Below, one piece after another: positions 10,301 through 15,987 of a stretch of DNA of 37,403 nucleotides. Position 1 is the first letter of the stretch. Each line of letters begins with the position of its first letter. The notes beneath the pieces are model-generated. The model ran no database searches. It saw only the letters and a list, made by a program, of their open reading frames with translations, and was not told the DNA's origin. The DNA is from Limisphaerales bacterium (lineage in GTDB: Bacteria > Verrucomicrobiota > Verrucomicrobiia > Limisphaerales > UBA11358): NCBI GenBank assembly GCA_043749955.1, contig JAYVCM010000134.1:1-37403 (forward strand), written 5' to 3'. The position numbers and the translations under genes were made by a program.

Positions 10301-11091
10301 ACGGCGCGTCACCGCTCACGCTCACGGCGGCGAACACTTACTCCGGCACCACCACGATCAGCAACGGCTCGCTCGCGCTCGTCGGCACGGCCTCGATTGC
10401 CAGCAGCACGGCGATTGAAATTGAGGCGGGCGCGGTGCTCGATGTCATCGGTCACACCGGCGGCTCCATCACGCTGGCTTCCGGCCAGACCTTGCGCGGC
10501 AACGGCACGGTCAGCGGCAGCGTCAGCGCACCGGCGGGCAGCACGGTTTCGCCCGGCGTCGGCGGCATCGGCACGCTGACCATCACGAACACCCTCACGC
10601 TCGGCGGCACGACGCTGATGGAGGTCAATCATGACGTGGTGCCCACACGCGACCAGCTTGTGGCGACGAACATCGGCTTCGGCGGCACGCTCACCGTGGT
10701 CAACACCGGCTCGGCGCTGGTGCTGGGCGACTTCTTCAAATTGTTCGTCGGCGCAAACTCCGGTTCGTTTGCGATCACCAATTTGCCCGCGCTCGATCCG
10801 GGGCTGGCTTGGACGAACACGCTCGCGTTGAACGGAACCATTTCCGTCGTCGCCGGCCCGTCGGTCAACACGGCTTCGACGAACATCACGTCCGTCGTGA
10901 ACGGCGGCAATTTGGAATTGAGCTGGCCGGCGGATCACACCGGCTGGAAATTGCAGGCGCAGACCAACACGGTGGCCGACGGACTCGGCAACAACTGGGT
11001 GACGATCCCCGGCACGGACACGGTGAATCATTACACGAACACGCTTGACCCGGCGAAGGGTTCCGTGTTCTACCGCATGGTGTATCCGTGA
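4333..11091 (+). CDS. Giant secreted autotransporter-associated beta-strand-repeat (PATR-type) protein, 2252 aa
   Basis: Signal peptide MKTKLARIVSRSLGLCLLAGTTALHA. Dozens of '(V/L)TKTGxGTLTLxxxNxYTGxTxVxxGxL' repeats. No C-terminal beta-barrel is recognisable. Ends in a module shared with the next gene (...SWPADHTGWKLQAQTN...NWVTIPGT...FYRMVYP). Confidence 0.9.
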   Translation: MKTKLARIVSRSLGLCLLAGTTALHAADGAWTTDGDGNWSNVANWNSGAGPIADGSGGTASFINPITVGRTVTSDTARTIGNLVFTGSAALNWTLTNSAALTLATGSGISTITVSSNTATFNASGAGLAGAQTVLKNGSGILSLAWNNTYSGGTVIGEGRVNLATVNSGQFGTGSITITNNSILSLIRADTTDSSSVVGSLTNALVVPAGQTATLLSHPRGSITGTLTGGGTLNFRVNATRGDLNGNWSAFAGQINVTARTGADDFRLLNGNGFGNAKLNLGAGVNMQQQFNPPNTTPFTTFQGIGELSGSGNLQGQPVSGRFVNWVIGGLNTDSTFSGPIQNNTGASAVTKTGTGTLSLSANSPFTGGMLVSTGAVYGVTGGSFSNSLITVASNAAFGAAQFGVKVNSAGGQWTGTNLVLRSGSALAFNFGTVAPSTTVPPLKLLGGITSTNTVTVNVLGGAGWLAGTSYPLASYASNYVGNGFSAFALGSQPLRVSGSLSNDTVNSQIWYVVSAVNTPLKWAVGNANWDIATTANWQDAANVSATYQEQLGLGDQVLFNDSASGSSPITVTLNTGVTPASVTFSNVAKNYILAGTSNILGSTSITKTGAGTLTIQNTNSFTGAVSVNGGTVNFSKLGNLGNGTAINFGGGALQFASGNTADISARTVTINSGGATIDTAGNNVAFASRIGNSGAGGLTKTGAGTLTLNTNSTYTGNTTVSQGTLALGAVASLSNSAAVTVSAGTTLDASATGFGFNLNGTGGQMLAGNGAVSGAVTTAGGAKLSPATNGTIGTLTFNNDLTLNGGTFNLDVNNGSRDLIAVSGFLNLNATVSGTVQINALALLTLNSTNKIFQYPAGQLTGGGVSTLSLAVSGVAQSGRLLTLDNSVDGEIDLVVHAAPANNLTWFGDGGANAWDVSSANWTGATNIYSDGDNANFTDAGAANSPVNISPSAVTPNSVTFNATLPYTITGAKITGPATVTKTNSGTVILANVGNDYGMTVIKAGTLQIGDGSTAGTAIGQGTVTNNASLIFNQPDNSQVLGDINGTGSLGKQGAGTLTLLGNNTYAGATTVDTGVLSIGSGGTGGTLGAAAVTLSTGGTLDLNHSGTYTLANTISGDGVLKFDGAATVTYGSGKSYLQNTYINNGVVKLSAANVIPSGGSTTGWLILDGGASTAGSLDLNGVNQSANALSGLGGAVQGRIYNNGSGLNTLTLGTIASTTYAGLILNNTNGGGGVVALTVNGDGSLTTAQTLSGANSYTGPVLINGGSVIMGGGIGTVGQQSIGTGAITLTNGGSLQMNGYGNATQSGNFVNNILVPAGTIGNLKTVGRGNYTGSVTVHGTLNLTTSYIRSTPGGDWSASDGQINIIAGTLGGDVYLNNAGNINWGTAAVDLGAGVAVYNSANTGVNGNTFTIGELTGTGSISDTSAGTAGRVTTYQVGGRNTSATFAGTIFNRTRITAINKVGSGSWTLNGTDSYTGATTVSGGSLIVGPSSFMTASTLITVNSGAVLDVSSYAGLTLAANQTLAGSGVVTGAVVAVVSDILSPGVGTLPGTLSFSNNLTLTGDFVTNNFNLSSDPTGISKTNSQVVVAGDLNVTGSNIVTINALNSILGAGSYTLFKFSGVLMTNGVAAGAGTLENNFNAGGAFPANAHVSLTFSNTGSAVVMIVTPNGNSLVWQGGVFGTATNNWDLNLSTNWHAGATTTNFLNYDSVTFDNTATNFTAVVAGTLAPGAITVGSTNAFTFSGTGKLTGTTGLTKTGTNVLTLSNTGGNDYTGTVTINSGTVKAGSATALGATNGATVISGTGALDVGGQNLGAESVTVSGSGLGGAGAIQNSGAAALNALQYVTLAGDTTFGGTNRWDIRANTNGILAGNNFALTKTSANDIYFVGLGNTALGNLHIEQGRIGVQDSTLLGTGGTLTLFAGSGLDLWNNSVTNTKAISLTNATVSSSSGTNVYGGTINLNGSGTFTATTPLQLNGALAGSGGLVKNGASPLTLTAANTYSGTTTISNGSLALVGTASIASSTAIEIEAGAVLDVIGHTGGSITLASGQTLRGNGTVSGSVSAPAGSTVSPGVGGIGTLTITNTLTLGGTTLMEVNHDVVPTRDQLVATNIGFGGTLTVVNTGSALVLGDFFKLFVGANSGSFAITNLPALDPGLAWTNTLALNGTISVVAGPSVNTASTNITSVVNGGNLELSWPADHTGWKLQAQTNTVADGLGNNWVTIPGTDTVNHYTNTLDPAKGSVFYRMVYP

Positions 11092-11103
11092 TTTGAAATC
11101 ACC

Positions 11104-11139
11104 AATCCCGCGCCAGAAAACTGGCGCGGGATTTTTTTT
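11104..11139 (+). terminator. Rho-independent terminator after the giant repeat-protein gene
   Basis: Stem AATCCCGCGCCAG / CTGGCGCGGGATT (13 bp), loop AAAA, followed by a T run. Begins 13 nt after the stop codon. Confidence 0.85.
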
Positions 11140-11227
11140 GTTTCCGTTGAAGCCGAAGAAGTGACGTGCAATAACCACTCAAGATGTTCTGTAGAAAAAT
11201 CCGAACCAACGGGCTGATGCCGAGGTT

Positions 11228-11289
11228 CCCCCTCATCCGCCCTGCGGGCACCTGCTCCCCCACCGGGGGAGCAGGCTGGGATGAGGGGG
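11228..11289. repeat. Nested GC-rich hairpin repeat (CCCCCTCATCC ... CCTGCTCCCC-loop-GGGGAGCAGG ... GGATGAGGGGG)
   Basis: Outer 11-bp arms at 11228..11238 and 11279..11289. Inner 10-bp arms at 11251..11260 and 11266..11275. Intergenic. Architecture is related to family I. Confidence 0.6.
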
Positions 11290-11360
11290 CACGGTTCGCC
11301 CAACGCGCGCTGCCGGAATAAATGTCGCCCGGTTTTCTAAAAAAAATTCACCGAACCAAA

Positions 11361-13145
11361 ATGAAAAATAAAATTACACGCCTCGGCGTCTTCACCGCGC
11401 TCGCCATTTTTTTGTCCGCGCCGCCGCTTCACGCCGCGGTGGACACCTGGTCCGCCTCGCCCGGCACTTGGGACGTGGGCGTGACGACGAATTGGAACGG
11501 CGGCGCATCCGTGTTCAACAACGGCGACAGCGCCATCTTCAGCAACCTCGGCGCGGCCGGTGCCGGCGCGAGCGTGGTGACGATTGTTGGCACGGTGCAG
11601 CCGGCGGCCACCACCGTCTCCGCGACGGCTGCCAACGTGAACTATACCTTCAGCGGTTCCGGCGTCATCGGCGGCACAGGCGCGTTGCTCAAGACCGGCG
11701 CGAGCACGCTGACCATCAACACCACGAACAGTTACAGCGGCGGCACAACCATCGGCGGCGGCATCGTGCTCGTGACCAACACGGCGGTCGGCCAGTTCGG
11801 CACCGGCAGTATCACGCTCACCAACGGCGGCGCGCTCACACTTTATCGCGCCACGACCACGGACGACGGCAGCACCATCGGCACACTGACCAACGCCTTG
11901 ATTGTCCCGACCGGCCAGACGGGAATCATTTCCAATTCGCCGCGCGGAAACATCAGCGGATCGCTGACCGGCGGCGGCACGTTGAATTTCCGCGCCAACG
12001 CCTCGCGCGGCGACATCAGCGGCAACTGGTCGGCCTTCACTGGGCAGATCAATTTGACGGGCGTCACCGGCGGCAATTTCCGCTGCTTGAACGCCGCCGG
12101 CTACCCGCTGGTGAAAATGAATCTCGCCAACGGCAGCGCGCTGGGCAACCGCGTGGCGGGCGCGCCGGTGATTCCGATTGGCGAACTTTCCGGCGACTTC
12201 AACTCCAGCCTCATCGCGCCGAACACGGGCAACGAAAGTTTGAGCGTCATCTGGCGCGTCGGCGGTCTGAACACCTCGGCGACGTTCAACGGAAATATCA
12301 CCGGCGCGACCGGCCTCATCAAGGAAGGCGGCGGCACTTGGACGCTGGGCGGCACGAACATCACGTTCACAAACACGACGACGGTGAGCGCCGGCACGTT
12401 GACGTTGACCAATACCAGTTCCGCAACCTTGACGAACAGTTCGGTCATCACTGTCAATGCCGGGGCGACCTTGAACCTGGCTGGCCCGGTAAAGGAATTA
12501 AATATCGTCAGCAACCAGACGTTGAAAGGCGGCGGCGTCATCGGTATCGCGTCCGTGACCGTGACCACCGGCGGCACGCTTTCGCCCGGTGATGGTGTGG
12601 GCACGCTGACATTGTCCAACAACACTGTCAGTTCCAGCGGCACCATTCTCATGGAACTCAACCGCACCAATTCGGGGGCGACGAACGATCAGCTTGCTGC
12701 CATCACCATCACCATCAACGGTGGTAAACTTATCGTCACCAACCTCGGCCCGGATTTGCGAGCGGGGGATAGTTTCAAATTATTCAGTGTGGCGATTGGT
12801 GGAAGTGGTTTCACCACTGTGAATTTGCCGACCAATGCCGCGAGCGGCGTCAGTTACACTTGGACGAACAAGCTGACGTTGGATGGAACCATTCAAGTCC
12901 TCACTGCCACCGGCGGCGTGAACACCAACGCGACCAGCCTCACCAGCGTGGTGACGGGAACACAGCTCATCCTGTCCTGGCCCGCCGATCACATTGGCTG
13001 GCGTTTGCAGGCGCAGACGAATTTCCTGTCCACCGGCCTTTACACCAACTGGGTGACGATCCCCGGCACGGAAACGGGCAATCATTACACGAACACGCTC
13101 AACCCCGCCAACGGCTCGGTGTTCTACCGCATGGTTTATCCGTAA
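11361..13145 (+). CDS. Secreted autotransporter-associated beta-strand-repeat protein, short paralog (594 aa) of the upstream giant protein
   Basis: ATG at 11361 gives MKNKITRLGVFTALAIFLSAPPLHA, a signal peptide. The N-terminal module (YSGGTTIGGG...QFGTGSITLTNGG...LTNALIVPTGQTG...GGGTLNFRANASRGDISGNWSAFTGQINL) and the C-terminal module (SWPADHIGWRLQAQTN...NWVTIPGTETGNHYTNTLNPANGSVFYRMVYP) both match the 2252-aa protein. Confidence 0.9.
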   Translation: MKNKITRLGVFTALAIFLSAPPLHAAVDTWSASPGTWDVGVTTNWNGGASVFNNGDSAIFSNLGAAGAGASVVTIVGTVQPAATTVSATAANVNYTFSGSGVIGGTGALLKTGASTLTINTTNSYSGGTTIGGGIVLVTNTAVGQFGTGSITLTNGGALTLYRATTTDDGSTIGTLTNALIVPTGQTGIISNSPRGNISGSLTGGGTLNFRANASRGDISGNWSAFTGQINLTGVTGGNFRCLNAAGYPLVKMNLANGSALGNRVAGAPVIPIGELSGDFNSSLIAPNTGNESLSVIWRVGGLNTSATFNGNITGATGLIKEGGGTWTLGGTNITFTNTTTVSAGTLTLTNTSSATLTNSSVITVNAGATLNLAGPVKELNIVSNQTLKGGGVIGIASVTVTTGGTLSPGDGVGTLTLSNNTVSSSGTILMELNRTNSGATNDQLAAITITINGGKLIVTNLGPDLRAGDSFKLFSVAIGGSGFTTVNLPTNAASGVSYTWTNKLTLDGTIQVLTATGGVNTNATSLTSVVTGTQLILSWPADHIGWRLQAQTNFLSTGLYTNWVTIPGTETGNHYTNTLNPANGSVFYRMVYP

Positions 13146-13167
13146 TCTGAAGCCGCAAAAAATTCAC

Positions 13168-13203
13168 GCGCGCGGTCTGGCGACAGACCGCGCGCTTTTT
13201 TTT
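13168..13203 (+). terminator. Rho-independent terminator after the second repeat-protein gene
   Basis: 12-bp stem GCGCGCGGTCTG / CAGACCGCGCGC, loop GCGA, then T8. Begins 23 nt after the stop codon. Confidence 0.85.
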
Positions 13204-13266
13204 CGACCACGGTGGATGATTGGGGATTGATACCATTTCCCAATGACAAACGGCAGCTTGGCGGCT

Positions 13267-13343
13267 GGTAGGGCGGCGCTGCCGCGCCGCTTCCCCGCAA
13301 CAACGGTGATTCACGTCAGCGTCGCGGCAGCGACGCCCTACCA
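13267..13343. repeat. REP doublet (REPIN-like): two inverted copies of the GTAGGGCGxCGCTGCCGCGxCGC palindrome
   Basis: GGTAGGGCGGCGCTGCCGCGCCGC at 13267..13290 and its inverted variant GCGTCGCGGCAGCGACGCCCTACC at 13320..13343. The same unit flanks the RAYT gene at 32018..32951. Confidence 0.8.
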
Positions 13344-13507
13344 ACGCACCGATTGTTTTTGAGAAATGGTATGAGTCTCGTCACCTCGACTCCTGCAAAT
13401 ATGGCAGTTCATTTTTACATTGGCACACGGCGGTTCACCCCAAAGAGCCGGCCGTCCCGCTCCGGGCGGGACACCAGCGTCTGGGAATATGCCTGGGTCA
13501 ACATGAA

Positions 13508-13699
13508 CCTAAAAAGCCGCTGTTGAGTTGCCACAAAAAAGCACAAAGAGCACAAAAAAATTACTGGCTTTAGAGATTTTGAAAGCGGATGCCGCTGCAC
13601 CTGCCGGGGGAGGCAAATCCGGGCGCGCGAATGCAGTCAAAGCCTTTATCTTTGCGCCTTTTGTGCCGCTTCGTGGCCAGTTCAACTGCGGAATTTAGG
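13508..13699. repeat. MITE-like unit 1 with roughly 50-bp terminal inverted repeats (family K: CCTAAAAGCCGC...TTGCCAC...GCACAAA)
   Basis: Left end 13508..13558 and right end 13650..13699 are reverse complements of each other with mismatches. No credible ORF. Confidence 0.65.
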
Positions 13700-13754
13700 A
13701 TGAATTCGTGGTTTCAACCCGTCCGTTTGGGCTTTTGTCTGGGAAATGTTTCAA

Positions 13755-13944
13755 CCTAAAAGCCGCAGTCGAATTGCCACGAAGAGGCACAAGCGGCACA
13801 AAACCGAGGAACCAAGCGAAAGCGACATTTCGCGGAAGACTCACCCGCCGGGCGAATCGTTTCACCGCCAAACCAAGCGGGCTGGACTCAATCTCTTTGC
13901 GCCTTTTGTGCCGCTTCGTGGCTGATTCAACTGCGGTTTCCAGG
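13755..13944. repeat. MITE-like unit 2, family K
   Basis: Left end 13755..13803 and right end 13895..13944. The right end is nearly identical to 13650..13699 (CTTTGCGCCTTTTGTGCCGCTTCGTGGC..TTCAACTGCGG). The interior is unrelated to unit 1. Confidence 0.65.
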
Positions 13945-13945
13945 C

Positions 13946-14722
13946 TCAAGCCGGCCCGGAAGAACTTTTCCCGCCGAGTTGAATGACCATCCCTTCGCGC
14001 GCGGCATCCACTTTCATTTTCCCCTTCGCCTTCTTCACCAGCCTGCGCGCGTAGCTCACGAACGAGTCAATTTTTTGGTCGTCGTGGTCGGGGTCGTGGT
14101 GGAAGAGGATGAGCTGCTTCACGCCGGCCTTGAGCGCGAGCGCCACGGAATCGTCCAGGCAGCCGTGGCCCCAGCCGACGTGTTTTTTGTATTCGGCGGA
14201 ATCGTATTGGGAATCGAGGATGAGCACGTCGGCGTCGCGCACGAATTCAATCATGTCGCGGTCGTCGCCGCCCTTGCGCGGCTCGGTGTCGGGGAAAAAA
14301 CAGATGATGCCGTCAGGTGAAAACAGCCGGTAGCCGACGGTGACGCCGGGATGGTTGGCGCGCAAGGCCCGGCCCAGCGTGGCGCCGACGGAAAAACTGT
14401 AGTCGCGCAGTTCCTCGATCTCGATGTTGCTGGGCAGCTTGGAGAACGGCACGGGAAAGTAGGTGCTCTCCATCTGGCCGGTGAGCGCGGCCACGAGGCC
14501 TTTGCGCGCGCCTTCGCTGCCGAGGATGTGCAGCCGGCAGCGGGATTCGTAGATCGGCGCGAAGAACGGCAGGCCCTGGATGTGATCCCAGTGCGTGTGC
14601 GACAGGAGCAGGGTGAGGTTGAGCGGCTTCTTTTTGAATTCGGCCAGCAGCGACATGCCGAGTTTGCGCAGGCCGGTGCCGGCGTCGAGGATGATGATGT
14701 CCGCGCCACAGCGGATTTCCAC
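13946..14722 (-). CDS. MBL-fold metallo-hydrolase
   Basis: HTHWDH zinc motif (LLLSHTHWDHIQGLPFF) and later HHDPDHDD. The track ORF starts at a GTG, but conserved family sequence continues upstream without a canonical start (see findings). Confidence 0.85.
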   Translation of the reverse strand: MEIRCGADIIILDAGTGLRKLGMSLLAEFKKKPLNLTLLLSHTHWDHIQGLPFFAPIYESRCRLHILGSEGARKGLVAALTGQMESTYFPVPFSKLPSNIEIEELRDYSFSVGATLGRALRANHPGVTVGYRLFSPDGIICFFPDTEPRKGGDDRDMIEFVRDADVLILDSQYDSAEYKKHVGWGHGCLDDSVALALKAGVKQLILFHHDPDHDDQKIDSFVSYARRLVKKAKGKMKVDAAREGMVIQLGGKSSSGPA

Positions 14723-14958
14723 GCAAGTGGTGTTGCCACCGTAATAGACGGTGCCAACGCCCGGCGTGGGAATCGAGCCGCGGACGCCCCAGAACTTTAT
14801 TTGCGTGGCGCTTTTGATGCCGCAACTTTAGCGCAGGTGATGGGGAAAATGAAAATGAAATTTTTCGGGAATTGCGGTTTTTACATTGAGCCGAAAACGG
14901 AGAAGAAGTTGAAAGGCTGGCCGGGCCGGAGCTGCGCAGCGCAGCGGAGCGCGAAGGC

Positions 14959-15034
14959 TGGTGGATTGGCGGGGACTCGAACCCCGGACCAATGCCTTAA
15001 AAGGGCACTGCTCTACCAACTGAGCTACCAATCC
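14959..15034 (-). tRNA. tRNA-Lys (anticodon UUU), CCA encoded
   Basis: Reverse complement folds as GGATTGG-TA-GCTC-AGTTGGTA-GAGC-A-GTGCC-CTTTTAA-GGCAT-TGGTC-CGGGG-TTCGAGT-CCCCG-CCAATCC-A-CCA. It has a 7-bp acceptor stem, GTTCGAGT T-loop and 76 nt total. Confidence 0.93.
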
Positions 15035-15301
15035 CACAGGGCGCAGGAAAGTAGATTAAACCCGCCTGAATGCAAGATTTTTTCCCGGACGAAAACGGCA
15101 CCCCGCATTTTTCTCCGCCGCATAATCCCATTGACAAACGGGGCGAAATGGCGTTTCCTATGCCCACGTTAGGAATGAAAACCACCTTTGCCAAACAACT
15201 GAAGATGCACGCGCCCGTCAATGGCTGCTACGCCATTTGGACGCGCGTCTCCGGTCACCTTGGCAGCGTGGGAAGAAAATTCTAAACGATCAGCAATTTT
15301 C

Positions 15302-15344
15302 AAAACCCCGCGATTGCCAGTCAATCGCGGGGTTTTTGCTTTTT
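15302..15344. terminator. Symmetric (potentially bidirectional) intrinsic terminator hairpin
   Basis: AAAACCCCGCGATTG - CCAGT - CAATCGCGGGGTTTT followed by TGCTTTTT. A-run upstream and T-run downstream. Lies 17 nt after the stop of the weak ORF 15070..15285 and 28 nt before the ATG at 15372. Confidence 0.7.
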
Positions 15345-15371
15345 AACCAACCCACGAAAGGAAAAACATAT

Positions 15372-15710
15372 ATGAACAAGAAACTAAACCAAGTGCTGCC
15401 CCGGTTCGCCCCGGAAGCGCTGTTCGAGCTGCGGCCCGTGCCGCCGGCGCCGTTCCGCGCCACGCAGGAGGACGAATTCGAGCGGCTCAAAAACACACTG
15501 CTCACCGGACAGCTCGCCAGGACGGCGACACCGGAACTGAACGCCCCGTTGCGGCGCGCGGCCAACGAGGCCGCCGCGCTCGCGTGGAACACATTCTTCC
15601 CGCTGTTGGTGTTCCCGGCGTTGTTCGAGGAAAAAACCGCGGCCGCCGTGCGCCAGGCCGGACGGCAGGCGCGCATCTACGCCAACAGCCGCGAACTGCT
15701 CGCCGCATGA
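15372..15710 (+). CDS. Hypothetical protein (112 aa)
   Basis: ATG at 15372 is preceded by AAAGGAAAAA. GC-rich codon usage is consistent with the host. No motif recognised. Confidence 0.5.
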   Translation: MNKKLNQVLPRFAPEALFELRPVPPAPFRATQEDEFERLKNTLLTGQLARTATPELNAPLRRAANEAAALAWNTFFPLLVFPALFEEKTAAAVRQAGRQARIYANSRELLAA

Positions 15711-15987
15711 AAACGCGCCGCGAAATTAAAGAGGGAACCATGGCGTGTGCGGGCTTGCCGCGCCGTAGCACCTTGGCGAAGGCGGGGAGCCGTTTGCACC
15801 AGCGAAATAATTAGCGCTTGTGCCAACGGCTTCTCGCCGTGCCTAGGATGGGTGGGGAACCGACCGGAGCGCGGACAGTTAGTTTCAAGCGTTCGCTTGA
15901 TGCGACACTGTCCGCGTTTCTACGCCGCGAAAAATTTTCAATGCTTGGGACTGACCGTTTATGACCCACTTACTTTATGTGTCACGG

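Noticed and set aside
4333-11091. A classical type V autotransporter.
   Set aside because: No C-terminal beta-barrel translocator signature is visible. The C-terminus is instead the short shared FYRMVYP module.
4333-13145. A diversity-generating retroelement or phase-variable cassette system acting on the paralogous repeat proteins.
   Set aside because: There is no reverse transcriptase, no template repeat with adenine-specific differences, and no invertase nearby. The similarity is ordinary paralogy.
13508-13944. Possible CRISPR array, because of regularly recurring 50-bp repeats.
   Set aside because: The repeats alternate in orientation (inverted pairs) and are imperfect. There are only four of them, and no cas genes are present. 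The region fits MITE-like units better.
14823-14958. GAAAATGAAAATGAAA tandem and GCTGCGCAGC palindrome downstream of tRNA-Lys, as a defined element or att site.
   Set aside because: They are too short and degenerate. I could find no direct repeat of the tRNA 3' end on the far side of the low-GC gene, and no integrase is present.
15070-15285. A 71-aa ORF as a confident protein-coding gene.
   Set aside because: It has no convincing RBS, no recognisable motif and composition unlike neighbouring genes. It is kept only as one alternative in the leader/sRNA finding.
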